A stretch of 61,747 nt of DNA, filler included. It is 4 parts of 4 records of this genome, joined end to end, with 100 filler letters (N's around TTAATTAATTAA, not from the genome) between each part and the next. Parts side by side here need not be neighbours in the genome. Positions count along the whole stretch, not along the records: positions 25,526 to 49,295 come from SRR31156797_21678; 3 more parts are not named here. One strand, 5' to 3'. The position numbers and the translations under genes were made by a program. The notes beneath the pieces are model-generated. The model saw nothing but the letters and a program-made list of their open reading frames with translations, was not told the DNA's origin and searched no databases. This document shows positions 27,918 through 36,352 of this stretch, one piece after another (the first letter of the stretch is position 1; every line of letters starts with the position of its first letter).

Positions 27918-29183
27918 CTAACCGATTTCCAACCTCTTTAGCTTCTTACGTAAGCCTTCGCGACTGATGTTGAGGAGGCGGGCGGCTTCGGATTTGTTGC
28001 CGTCTGTTTCTTCAAGAGCCCGTTCAATGAGTAGTTTTTCACCCTCTTCAAGGGACATTATGCCTGAAGGAAAGGTTGGGGCTTGGCTTGTACAGGGGGC
28101 TATTGTCTTAGGGGGCAGGCAGACAGGCCCTTGCCCGCTTACTTCCGGAGAGAGGTCGCAGGGGGTAATGGTTTCACCAAGGGAAAGCACCACCGCACGG
28201 TCAATTTCGTTTTCAAGCTGGCGCACGTTGCCGGGCCAGTCGTTATTGACGAGGGTCTGCATGGCCTCCGGCGAAAAGCAGCGCAACCCTTTGCGCATTT
28301 TGCCTACCGCGATATCAAGGAAATATTTTGCCAGCAGGGGGATGTCTCCGCTACGTTCGCGCAGGGGAGGGATATTCAGACGGATAACGTTCAAGCGGTA
28401 AAAGAGGTCTTCGCGGAAATTGCCTTCTTCCACCATTTTACGCAGGTCCTTGTGGGTTGCAACAATGACCCGGACATTAACTTTTGAGGTCGTTCGGCCG
28501 CCGACCCGTTCTACTTCGCCGGATTCGATTACACGTAGGATCTTGGCCTGACTTTCAAGGGGCATGTCCCCGATTTCATCAAGGAAAAGGGTTCCGTTGT
28601 CCGCCTGTTGAAATCGGCCTATACGGGCATCAACCCCGGAAGCGACCCCTTTTTCAATGCCGAAAAGCTCGCTTTCAAGCAGAGTTTCTGGGATGGCCGA
28701 GCAGTTGATGGCTACATAAGGACCGGATGCGCGTTCACTTTGGAAATGCAGGGCCTTGGCTACAAGGTCTTTACCGGTCCCGGTTTCACCGGAAACAAGC
28801 ACCGTCACCGGTGCATTGGCAACCTGATCCACCTGCATGAGCAGCTGCTGCATAGAGGGGCTGGAGCCGATGATGTTTTCAGTGGAAAATTTTTCGCGCA
28901 GGTCGCGTTTGAGGCGGGAGTTCTCGCTGGCGATCAGTTTGCGGCTTTGTTCCAGTTTTTCCGTGGCTTGCCGGAGTTCATCGATGATCTGTTCCAGCTC
29001 GTATTCCCGTGCTTCCACCTTGACCAACATCATTCCGAATGCTTCGGCCAGTTCTTTTACTACCGGATGGTTGGAGTCTCCAACTGTAAGGTCGAACAGT
29101 TCGTGTGCTTTGTCATATTCACCCTTTGAGATTGTGCCGCATATTTCGGCAAGGCGCTGGGCCAGCTCTTTAATTCCTAACAT
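27918..29183 (-). CDS. Sigma-54-dependent Fis-family enhancer-binding protein with no receiver domain
   Basis: GETGTGK, ESELFG, FLDEIGD, FREDLFYRLNV, WPGNVRQL, C-terminal HTH; GAFTGA loop reads GVASGV; start may be 29216. Confidence 0.9.
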   Translation of the reverse strand: MLGIKELAQRLAEICGTISKGEYDKAHELFDLTVGDSNHPVVKELAEAFGMMLVKVEAREYELEQIIDELRQATEKLEQSRKLIASENSRLKRDLREKFSTENIIGSSPSMQQLLMQVDQVANAPVTVLVSGETGTGKDLVAKALHFQSERASGPYVAINCSAIPETLLESELFGIEKGVASGVDARIGRFQQADNGTLFLDEIGDMPLESQAKILRVIESGEVERVGGRTTSKVNVRVIVATHKDLRKMVEEGNFREDLFYRLNVIRLNIPPLRERSGDIPLLAKYFLDIAVGKMRKGLRCFSPEAMQTLVNNDWPGNVRQLENEIDRAVVLSLGETITPCDLSPEVSGQGPVCLPPKTIAPCTSQAPTFPSGIMSLEEGEKLLIERALEETDGNKSEAARLLNISREGLRKKLKRLEIG

Positions 29184-29247
29184 GGAGTCAGCTCCGGTTT
29201 GCATGTGCAGATGCATTTGGCTGCTTACAAAGTAGCATGAAAGCAGG

Positions 29248-29670
29248 TTAAACAGGAAGGCGGAAACAGCTTTTTACTTCATTGCAGGCGTCGGTTCGCG
29301 AATAACTGCTGCAGTCTGCCATGGTCCTGACAATATGCAGCCCAACTCCGCCCATAGACCTGATGCTGATGTCTTCGGGCAGTTCCCGGGTCTCTCCCTC
29401 AAGGGGGTTAAAGGGTGGGGACCAGTCTCGGACCCGCATGCAGAACATTGCGGAATCACCGGGGCAGTTCTCTGTTCGGCAATCAACTTCCACATTACCT
29501 TTCAGGCCGCCGTAGGCGTGGGTGAAGATATTTACAGTCAACTCTTCAAGGACAAGCTCAATGCGCAGTAGTTTGTCTTCATTGATACCGGCCCGGCGGG
29601 CCTGATCCATGACGAAATTTCTTATGGGAACCAGGTTTTCAAGTTTTGCAGGATAGCGGATGGCGGCCAT
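29248..29670 (-). CDS. RsbW/BtrW-like anti-sigma serine kinase
   Basis: ELVLEELTVNIFTHAY, D...PFNP, GGVGLHIVR. Confidence 0.88.
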   Translation of the reverse strand: MAAIRYPAKLENLVPIRNFVMDQARRAGINEDKLLRIELVLEELTVNIFTHAYGGLKGNVEVDCRTENCPGDSAMFCMRVRDWSPPFNPLEGETRELPEDISIRSMGGVGLHIVRTMADCSSYSRTDACNEVKSCFRLPV

Positions 29671-29687
29671 GGTCGGCTTTCCGGTAG

Positions 29688-30017
29688 CTATTGGTGGGCC
29701 GCTTCTTCCAGCGTGGTATATACCGGGAAAATTTTGATGAACCCGGAAATATTGAATACTTCCTTAGCCATGTGGGAAAGTCCGCAAAAACAGATCTCAC
29801 CACCGGCGGCGCGTAAACCTTTGGCAACTGAAAGGATGCTGCGCAATCCGGCGGAACTGATATATTTGATATCTGAAAGGTCCATTACGACCTTTGCAGG
29901 CTTTTGTTCAATCAAAGCGAGACATTCCCGCTCAAATTCAGCGGCGTTGAGCGCGTCGATCTGGCCCAATGCGTAGATGACCAGAACTTCGTTAATATAT
30001 TCACTCTTCAGCGGCAT
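29688..30017 (-). CDS. RsbV/BtrV-like STAS anti-anti-sigma factor
   Basis: GQIDALNA, DLSDIKYISSAGLR (phospho-Ser motif), EVFNISGF. Confidence 0.92.
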   Translation of the reverse strand: MPLKSEYINEVLVIYALGQIDALNAAEFERECLALIEQKPAKVVMDLSDIKYISSAGLRSILSVAKGLRAAGGEICFCGLSHMAKEVFNISGFIKIFPVYTTLEEAAHQ

Positions 30018-30276
30018 TTACTACTCCTGTCTGTTACCGTAATGCGACAGTTTTAAAATTAAACCCTTTTTTGCGTATAAAAGCGCAAGTGCAGAGTTGT
30101 TCTGACTCTAACAGTAATGTTGAAGAGTATAGAAGTCAATTATAAATCTAGTTAAAATTTTTTAATATAGGTCAAAATAAAGTGTATTGCAAGATATTTG
30201 CGCGCATGTTTGTAAATGCAAACAAAAAAGTAATTTATCTTAATCTATACAAACGTTTGAACGTCTGAGGTTACAT

Positions 30277-30738
30277 TCAAGCGCGTAGGTAATCGTTGTT
30301 TTCATTTGTGATGGGCATGCTGTCTTCGTCAGCGAAGCGCCCATTAAGGCTGTCACGCCAGAAAGTTGCGGCTTCAGCAAGGTTTTCAACGGCTATGATG
30401 AAGCGCTCGCTGTTTGTGCGCTCGAGTCTTAATTGATGGGTGAGCACAATCAGCCCGGCTTCTTTCATGTAAGCAAAACGGGCACCTGCCAGATTCTCCC
30501 AGAACAGATTCAGCTCCATGAGGTCGGCATATATTTCAGCCCGGTTTTCCTGCGGGAGTTCAAGTATGGGCACGGTCAGCATTAACCGTTCCTGTACGGG
30601 AAGGAAGTCCACTCCCATGGATACCCCCTCCTGAAAGTCAATTCGGCAGCAGCCGCTGTCAGGCATTTGCAGCCCGTCTATTCCGCTGTGTTTTCCATAC
30701 GCTTCGAATAATTCAGAAATTTTTATTGCATGGTCCAT
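30277..30738 (-). CDS. CesT/SycE-type class I T3SS chaperone
   Basis: 153 aa, acidic; GIDGLQMPDSGCC, LMELNLF, ENLAEAATFW. Confidence 0.82.
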   Translation of the reverse strand: MDHAIKISELFEAYGKHSGIDGLQMPDSGCCRIDFQEGVSMGVDFLPVQERLMLTVPILELPQENRAEIYADLMELNLFWENLAGARFAYMKEAGLIVLTHQLRLERTNSERFIIAVENLAEAATFWRDSLNGRFADEDSMPITNENNDYLRA

Positions 30739-30752
30739 GATGTCCTCCCGTT

Positions 30753-31166
30753 TTATGCCTTGTGGAATGTGTCCAGTGCGGACTGGAAAATACGCAGGTA
30801 ATTTTCAAGTTCCTGATCCAGACCGAATTCCGGGGTATTTTCAAGTTCAATGCGTTTGTTGAGTAGCACAGCTTCCATTTCCCGGGAGTATGCAAACCAG
30901 CCGTCCGCCAGCTGGTCGGGGAAAAGGTTCAGCTCCAGCATGGTTTCAAGAAGCTGTTCAAGCTTCGGATCATCCTCGGTGAGTGCGCAGACTACGGCAT
31001 GTACCTGAATTAGAGGTATACGGTGATCGGCCAGCAGGTACACTTCGTGCCCTTCATAATTGATGATAGCTTCGCCGTCCTCATTCATGATCAGATCATT
31101 AATGGATGCGCGGGCGGCAAGCTCGCTGACCAGCCGCCGCGCAGTTGCAATATGTTTATTATCCAT
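30753..31166 (-). CDS. CesT-type T3SS chaperone
   Basis: 137 aa, acidic; LIMNEDG, MLELNLF; overlaps the stop of the upstream effector candidate. Confidence 0.75.
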   Translation of the reverse strand: MDNKHIATARRLVSELAARASINDLIMNEDGEAIINYEGHEVYLLADHRIPLIQVHAVVCALTEDDPKLEQLLETMLELNLFPDQLADGWFAYSREMEAVLLNKRIELENTPEFGLDQELENYLRIFQSALDTFHKA

Positions 31167-33276
31167 CGGTTACCTCACCGTTTTCCATGGGTACAATCTT
31201 GTAGAATTGATTGATGGCCTTCTCTGCCATGTCTCGCCAATCAGAATCTGCGGGCAGGTGATGGTGGGTACCAACGAATTCTTCAGCCTGCTTTTTCACA
31301 CTGGGACGCAGTTCATCAAGGACACTCTTATTTATCTCAATGCTTATGCCCAGTTCCTTTGCTGTCCTGGTAAGCAGGTCGGGGGACTTCATCATGGCAG
31401 AAGCATCAGTGCGGGCCTTCTTCTGGAGGTCATGCAGTTCTCGTTCAAACGGGGACTTGCCCAGATGCTTAACCATCTTCTTACCGACCATCTTGGCCTG
31501 CAGCTTTCCGGCACTGCCGATCTCGAAAGTTCGGGCGGCAACACTGTTGAGCATACGTCCGAATTCTTGCACAGAGATTTCTTCGTTACGGTGCCTGCGC
31601 TGGAATTCATCCACCCGCCGCAGCAGGGTGGTCTTCATGTATTCCCGGTGCGTCGGGGTCAGCTGTGAGGTCTCAGTAATACCCTGCATGGCGTTGGCAA
31701 GGAATGCGTCATCGGAAACCACCTGCTTGGCCCGTTCATGGTTCTTCACTGCTGCGGGCAGCTTCGCCACACGTGGATCTCTGGAGCTAAAGAAGTTCAC
31801 ACCCTTGTAAGGAGCAGGATTCCTGTCTTGCCGCACTTGAGTCTGCACCTGTGGCTCCGGTGTTACTTCTTGGGTTTGCGGTTGAATCTGCTGCTGTGCC
31901 TGAGTCTGCGCTGCAGCTTCCTGATTCTGCTGAACCTGCTCCCGGGCATCCTGCACATCAAGAATCATGGCGGTGTTTTCCGTGCGTACGGCCCGGCGTA
32001 CATTTTTAACCGCGCCTTTGAGCTTGTTGGCAGCCATACCGTGTTCAAGTGACTTGGCAATGGCTTCGCTAAGGGCCTGATCAACCTGTGCCTCATCCAT
32101 GACAACTTTAGTTTCAGCAACCAGTTGCTCTGCATGGTTCTTGGCTGTCTCGGCAATGTAGTTGAGACGGGCAGGCTTGATGCGATCAACCGGACTGCCG
32201 GGCAGTTCCGCAGCCAACCTCTTCAAACGCTTAATATCATGGGCAGCGGATTCAACCTTTTCGCGACTGAGCTGCATTATGTCCACTTTACCAGTGGGCA
32301 GGTCCGGTTCAAAGTTGGCGGCAATGTTGCGCTCAGCATTGCGGAAAGCTCCCTTGAGCTTGGCAATCCCTACGGACTTGGCAAGGGCTTTTTCAAAGAC
32401 TCCGCCAGCCAGTTCTTCAAGCTGCTTGTTGGTCAGTGCTCCCTGCTGGGCGCGCGGGTCCTGCTCAATGCGCTGTTGCAGCTTATCTTGAATGTAGGAG
32501 AGCCGTTCGGATACTGCTTCGCGATCAAAACCGAGCTTATCGGCGAGTCCCATGAGCTTTGCAGTGTCCTGCACCTGCTCTAAAGCTTTGGCACGGTTTT
32601 CTTCAACCTGCGCTCTTGCCAACTCTTTTGGCACCGTGGTTTTTACTTCCGCTACTTCGGTGGCGGGTTCTTGCTGTGGAGCCACCTCAGGTTCCGGTTT
32701 CGGTTCCGGGGTTACAGTAGTGCTGTCCCAGAGTGCTTCCGGCGGGGTAGAAACAGGAGCCGCAGCTTTTTCTGACTGCACTCGCCTGTTAACGCCCCTT
32801 GCAGTGTCAATGATGGCCCGGATTTCGCGGCCGGTAACAATGCGGAACGGATCGTCCGGATTATGTCCGCTGACCCGACTCAGTAAGGGAAAGGCCGCAC
32901 AGTACCCCTGACCTTCGAGTTCACGCTGGGTGGCGTCCGCAACTTCAACTCCGTAACTCTGCTTTACTCTGGCCCATGCAGTATCGTAGGCATTGCGGTT
33001 TTCAGTTGCTTCTGTGTTACGGTATGCAGCGCAGGTTTCTTTAAAAATACCTAATGATTCAGCTATTTTTACTAAAACACCTTTAACGCTTGAACCTGTT
33101 CGGACCTGACCGGTAGCTTTATTAAAGTAAATACCTTTGTCGTTATCCTCTACGGTATTCAACCATGAATATTTGGTAACGTTGTACTTTTCCCGGAGTT
33201 GCTGCTCTTTTGAGGGGCGGTACTTATTTATGATTTGTTGCGTTTTTGCACTGTGGGCGTTCTTTATGCGGGGCAT
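31159..33276 (-). CDS. Putative type III secreted effector A (705 aa, helical repeats)
   Basis: No Sec signal; followed by two CesT chaperones; own sigma-54 promoter; P/E/Q-rich linkers; AGGAG RBS. Confidence 0.62.
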   Translation of the reverse strand: MPRIKNAHSAKTQQIINKYRPSKEQQLREKYNVTKYSWLNTVEDNDKGIYFNKATGQVRTGSSVKGVLVKIAESLGIFKETCAAYRNTEATENRNAYDTAWARVKQSYGVEVADATQRELEGQGYCAAFPLLSRVSGHNPDDPFRIVTGREIRAIIDTARGVNRRVQSEKAAAPVSTPPEALWDSTTVTPEPKPEPEVAPQQEPATEVAEVKTTVPKELARAQVEENRAKALEQVQDTAKLMGLADKLGFDREAVSERLSYIQDKLQQRIEQDPRAQQGALTNKQLEELAGGVFEKALAKSVGIAKLKGAFRNAERNIAANFEPDLPTGKVDIMQLSREKVESAAHDIKRLKRLAAELPGSPVDRIKPARLNYIAETAKNHAEQLVAETKVVMDEAQVDQALSEAIAKSLEHGMAANKLKGAVKNVRRAVRTENTAMILDVQDAREQVQQNQEAAAQTQAQQQIQPQTQEVTPEPQVQTQVRQDRNPAPYKGVNFFSSRDPRVAKLPAAVKNHERAKQVVSDDAFLANAMQGITETSQLTPTHREYMKTTLLRRVDEFQRRHRNEEISVQEFGRMLNSVAARTFEIGSAGKLQAKMVGKKMVKHLGKSPFERELHDLQKKARTDASAMMKSPDLLTRTAKELGISIEINKSVLDELRPSVKKQAEEFVGTHHHLPADSDWRDMAEKAINQFYKIVPMENGEVTDG

Positions 33277-33338
33277 AGCCTTCTCCTGAATTTAAAATCT
33301 CAGTATCTGCCACCAAAGCAGGCACCTGTGTGTAATAT

Positions 33339-33355
33339 TGCAGAGATGATGCCAA
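33339..33355 (-). promoter_or_regulatory. Sigma-54 promoter for the effector A/chaperone operon
   Basis: TTGGCATCATCTCTGCA with GG-N10-GC spacing, about 60 nt upstream of the start. Confidence 0.68.
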
Positions 33356-33420
33356 GTTCGGCTTAGCCGGATTAAATTCTCATTCCGAATTGCATGGGGT
33401 TGATGGACTGGGACTCTAAG

Positions 33421-33462
33421 TGGATGGTATCCCTTCTTGCCTTTTCAGGGGGATACCATCCA
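33421..33462. terminator. Hairpin downstream of effector B
   Basis: TGGATGGTATCCC ... GGGATACCATCCA, 13-bp perfect stem. Confidence 0.65.
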
Positions 33463-33494
33463 ATAGTAACGTAAGGTTCGGTTTTACAGAGGAC

Positions 33495-35681
33495 TTATGC
33501 TTGTTCCTCAGCCGGGGTAAAGGTGTAGCTATATTCTATGGGGCCTATGAGATCGGCACTTGGAACTCCACTATCAATGCTTTCGCGTGTAATTTTATAA
33601 GCAAACTCTACTCGAAGCGGGCTGCTGTCTTGATCGGCACGTTCGTGTCTCATATTCTCAGGATCATCTGTTCTGAGCACCCCGCTGAGGTTGGCGGTTA
33701 GTGTGAAATCAACCTGATATCCGTCATCATCAGTTTTGGTGATGACGAAGTTGCAGCTCGACTGTCCCGGCTCGATGATGATGTCGCCGGGAATCGGTCC
33801 TAATCCATTGGCGAAGCCGTTACGTATATCTGCGAAAATCCCTTGGTGTGTAATGGAGGATACGGCTCGTGCTCCGGCAGTATCTTCGCCAAAGAAGGTA
33901 TTGTAATCAGTTGCAGCTGTTTCTTGGGAAGATCCCGGTTGGCTGATTTGCTTGTCGCCTACCGTGAAGTATGCTCGGGGGAGGTCGACCATCATGGTCG
34001 GGTGTATATTCCCTTCCCAGTTTTGAGGTTTGGCCAAATCCTTGTTCATTTCAGTAACGAGATTATTAGTAAGGCGTTGCCCAAGCTCACCTTGTCCGCT
34101 TCGACCTGCAAGTTCAGGCAGGGGCACGTTTCCTCCCAAATCGCGTATCATGGAGAACACATTGTCCTCAATGTCATACTCGCTAGCTATGCTGCTGGTG
34201 CCGGTGTTCGTCGCAGAGTGAGGCGTGAGTCCTTCGGCTTCCTGTCTTCTTGAAATTGCGTCGGTGAACATGTTGTATATCGTTTCTACACGAGAAATTA
34301 CGCTGACAGCTTCCGGGCTGTCGATGTTTTCGGTCTGGAGAAAAGCCAGACTGTCGAGGAAGCGGATTCCTTTCTCACCTGTCAATATGTCATGCGCAAC
34401 TGTGGTGTCGTAGTCGTTGCGAAGTGTGGTTAAATTCTTTTCCTTCGGATCTCCCAAGTAGATGTCCAATGCAGTGGCCAAATATGACTCAATGCTGGCC
34501 AAGCCCGGCTCGTATTCCAGTACAGGAGCGTAGGCTGCTTCAAAGTCCATTAGAAATTTGGTAAATGCTCCAGCTATATTGTCGCTGTCGTCTATAGCCA
34601 GTACAAAGTTTTCATAAGCATCTGCGATTTTCAGGCATGTTTTCACTTCCTGCTCGGTATTGATGAGTTGGTTGCCAGCAATGGCTTTGCGCAGGTTTGC
34701 AGTGGCAGTTTCGTCGAGTCCTAACGTGTTTATATAGTTCAAACCTTCTGCTTTTTTGGCGAGAAACTTTGTTGTCAACTGTTCAACGTTGCTGCGCATC
34801 TCAGCCGCAGTATGGATGTCGCCGCACTTCAAAACATTTTGATCAATTTTATACTCAAGCTTTTCTGTGTCTAACGCATTAGCAATATCGCCAAAGTCCA
34901 ACTTACGAGCTATGGATTTAATGATGTCTCCACCTTCGCTTTGCTGTAACTTTTTGAAATTGAAGGAATTGACTAAGTGTGCAGCCCTGTCTTTCTCGTT
35001 GTTCGGGTGTAGCAGTAATTGTTCATTTATTTCGTTCTTTTCGTCGTTTGAAAGGTCGGATGAGTTTACCAGCGCTATTTCATTTTCCAAGGAATCGATA
35101 AAGTTATCAATTTGTTGTTTGGCAATGTGTTTAGCCGCGCCCGAGGGTAACCAGTACTTACTGTCAGCGCTGGCCTTCATGACTGCACTGTGGATATTGT
35201 CAGCAAGCTTGGTGCTGGATTCTGTGGGCAAGTCGGACGGCAGGTTGTATTTCTGAGCAAGACTTTTCCATTGATCGGAGAAGGAGTTGGGATCGTCAGG
35301 GGAGTGTATGTTTGAAAAACGATCAGCATTGATTTTGGCTGAATCGAGATTCTGGGCCTTGGTTTTCTCTATGGAACCGACAGCTTTGGAGATAAGACGT
35401 TTGGAGAGCGGCTTACCTTGTTGATGATGTTTTTCAATACTTTCTTTTGCCAAATTAGCATACCCCAGACCATACTGGTGGTCCTCCGCGATGGCCCTAA
35501 TAAATGCGGACATTACAGCCGAGTTTTCAGTCTTAGCTTGTCCGGGGTGCATCTTGTCTCTGATCCAGCCGATTGCCCGGCCAAAGAAATTTTTATTGGA
35601 CTTTATCGTTTGTGTATTCTGGTCCCAACGGATGTGTCCGTTTTGTGCAGCTTTTTGGAAATCGTTGATTTTTAAGGTCAT
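33495..35681 (-). CDS. Putative type III secreted effector B (728 aa)
   Basis: Directly downstream of a CesT chaperone; no Sec signal; N-terminal block resembles effector A. Confidence 0.65.
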   Translation of the reverse strand: MTLKINDFQKAAQNGHIRWDQNTQTIKSNKNFFGRAIGWIRDKMHPGQAKTENSAVMSAFIRAIAEDHQYGLGYANLAKESIEKHHQQGKPLSKRLISKAVGSIEKTKAQNLDSAKINADRFSNIHSPDDPNSFSDQWKSLAQKYNLPSDLPTESSTKLADNIHSAVMKASADSKYWLPSGAAKHIAKQQIDNFIDSLENEIALVNSSDLSNDEKNEINEQLLLHPNNEKDRAAHLVNSFNFKKLQQSEGGDIIKSIARKLDFGDIANALDTEKLEYKIDQNVLKCGDIHTAAEMRSNVEQLTTKFLAKKAEGLNYINTLGLDETATANLRKAIAGNQLINTEQEVKTCLKIADAYENFVLAIDDSDNIAGAFTKFLMDFEAAYAPVLEYEPGLASIESYLATALDIYLGDPKEKNLTTLRNDYDTTVAHDILTGEKGIRFLDSLAFLQTENIDSPEAVSVISRVETIYNMFTDAISRRQEAEGLTPHSATNTGTSSIASEYDIEDNVFSMIRDLGGNVPLPELAGRSGQGELGQRLTNNLVTEMNKDLAKPQNWEGNIHPTMMVDLPRAYFTVGDKQISQPGSSQETAATDYNTFFGEDTAGARAVSSITHQGIFADIRNGFANGLGPIPGDIIIEPGQSSCNFVITKTDDDGYQVDFTLTANLSGVLRTDDPENMRHERADQDSSPLRVEFAYKITRESIDSGVPSADLIGPIEYSYTFTPAEEQA

Positions 35682-35715
35682 GTCTACACCTCGTATGGTT
35701 ACCTATAATTTACAG

Positions 35716-36168
35716 CTATACTTTCATACCAACAGGCAATGTGTCGTTCGCATCTTGTTTAGTTTTGTCTTCAGGCCAGTTTTGAATATTGTTGGTCCAG
35801 TGTTCTGCGACATTTACAAAATTTTCAATCATGCAAGAGAAACTGCCTTCATCCAGGGAAAGCACCGGAACTTGATACTGTAGTAAAACCACATCATGTT
35901 CGTTTGTTATGCCGAGACTGGCCCCGTGTGTGTTTCGATAGAAGGCGTTTGCCTCCAGCAGTCGAGCATATAATCTTTCTTTGTCTTCAGTGGGTATGCT
36001 GCCTACGTTGGTATACAGAAACAGGACTCCGTTCGTTTCATCCATCTCAAAATTGATGACAATTTCATCAAAGATCAGTGCGCAGCATCCATGTTCATCA
36101 GGTTCCAGGCCGCAAATATTAACTTCATTGCCGAATGCTTGTAGTAATGTTGTAAAGTGCTTAGTCAT
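35716..36168 (-). CDS. CesT/SycE-type class I T3SS chaperone
   Basis: GLEPDEHGCCALIFD, LYARLLEAN, GASLG, ENFVNVAEHW. Confidence 0.9.
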   Translation of the reverse strand: MTKHFTTLLQAFGNEVNICGLEPDEHGCCALIFDEIVINFEMDETNGVLFLYTNVGSIPTEDKERLYARLLEANAFYRNTHGASLGITNEHDVVLLQYQVPVLSLDEGSFSCMIENFVNVAEHWTNNIQNWPEDKTKQDANDTLPVGMKV

Positions 36169-36219
36169 GGGAATCTCCTTTGGTTGTTTTAGCTGCTAAG
36201 ATTAATGTTCTTTTGGTTA

Positions 36220-36237
36220 AGCAATAAGTGGTCCCAA
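36220..36237 (-). promoter_or_regulatory. Possible sigma-54 promoter for the chaperone/effector B operon
   Basis: TTGGGACCACTTATTGCT (GG-N10-GC; GGAC instead of GGCAC); palindrome TTGCCAA-N5-TTGGCAA upstream at 36289-36307. Confidence 0.45.
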
Positions 36238-36352
36238 GGTGTATTTGTTTTGTACTACAGCTGGTTGGGTTCTTGTGCTTTTGGGGTGTTGCCAAATAAG
36301 TTGGCAAGGTTAATGGGCTGAATTTTGCCGATGCGTCCCCTCCTGCGGGGGG

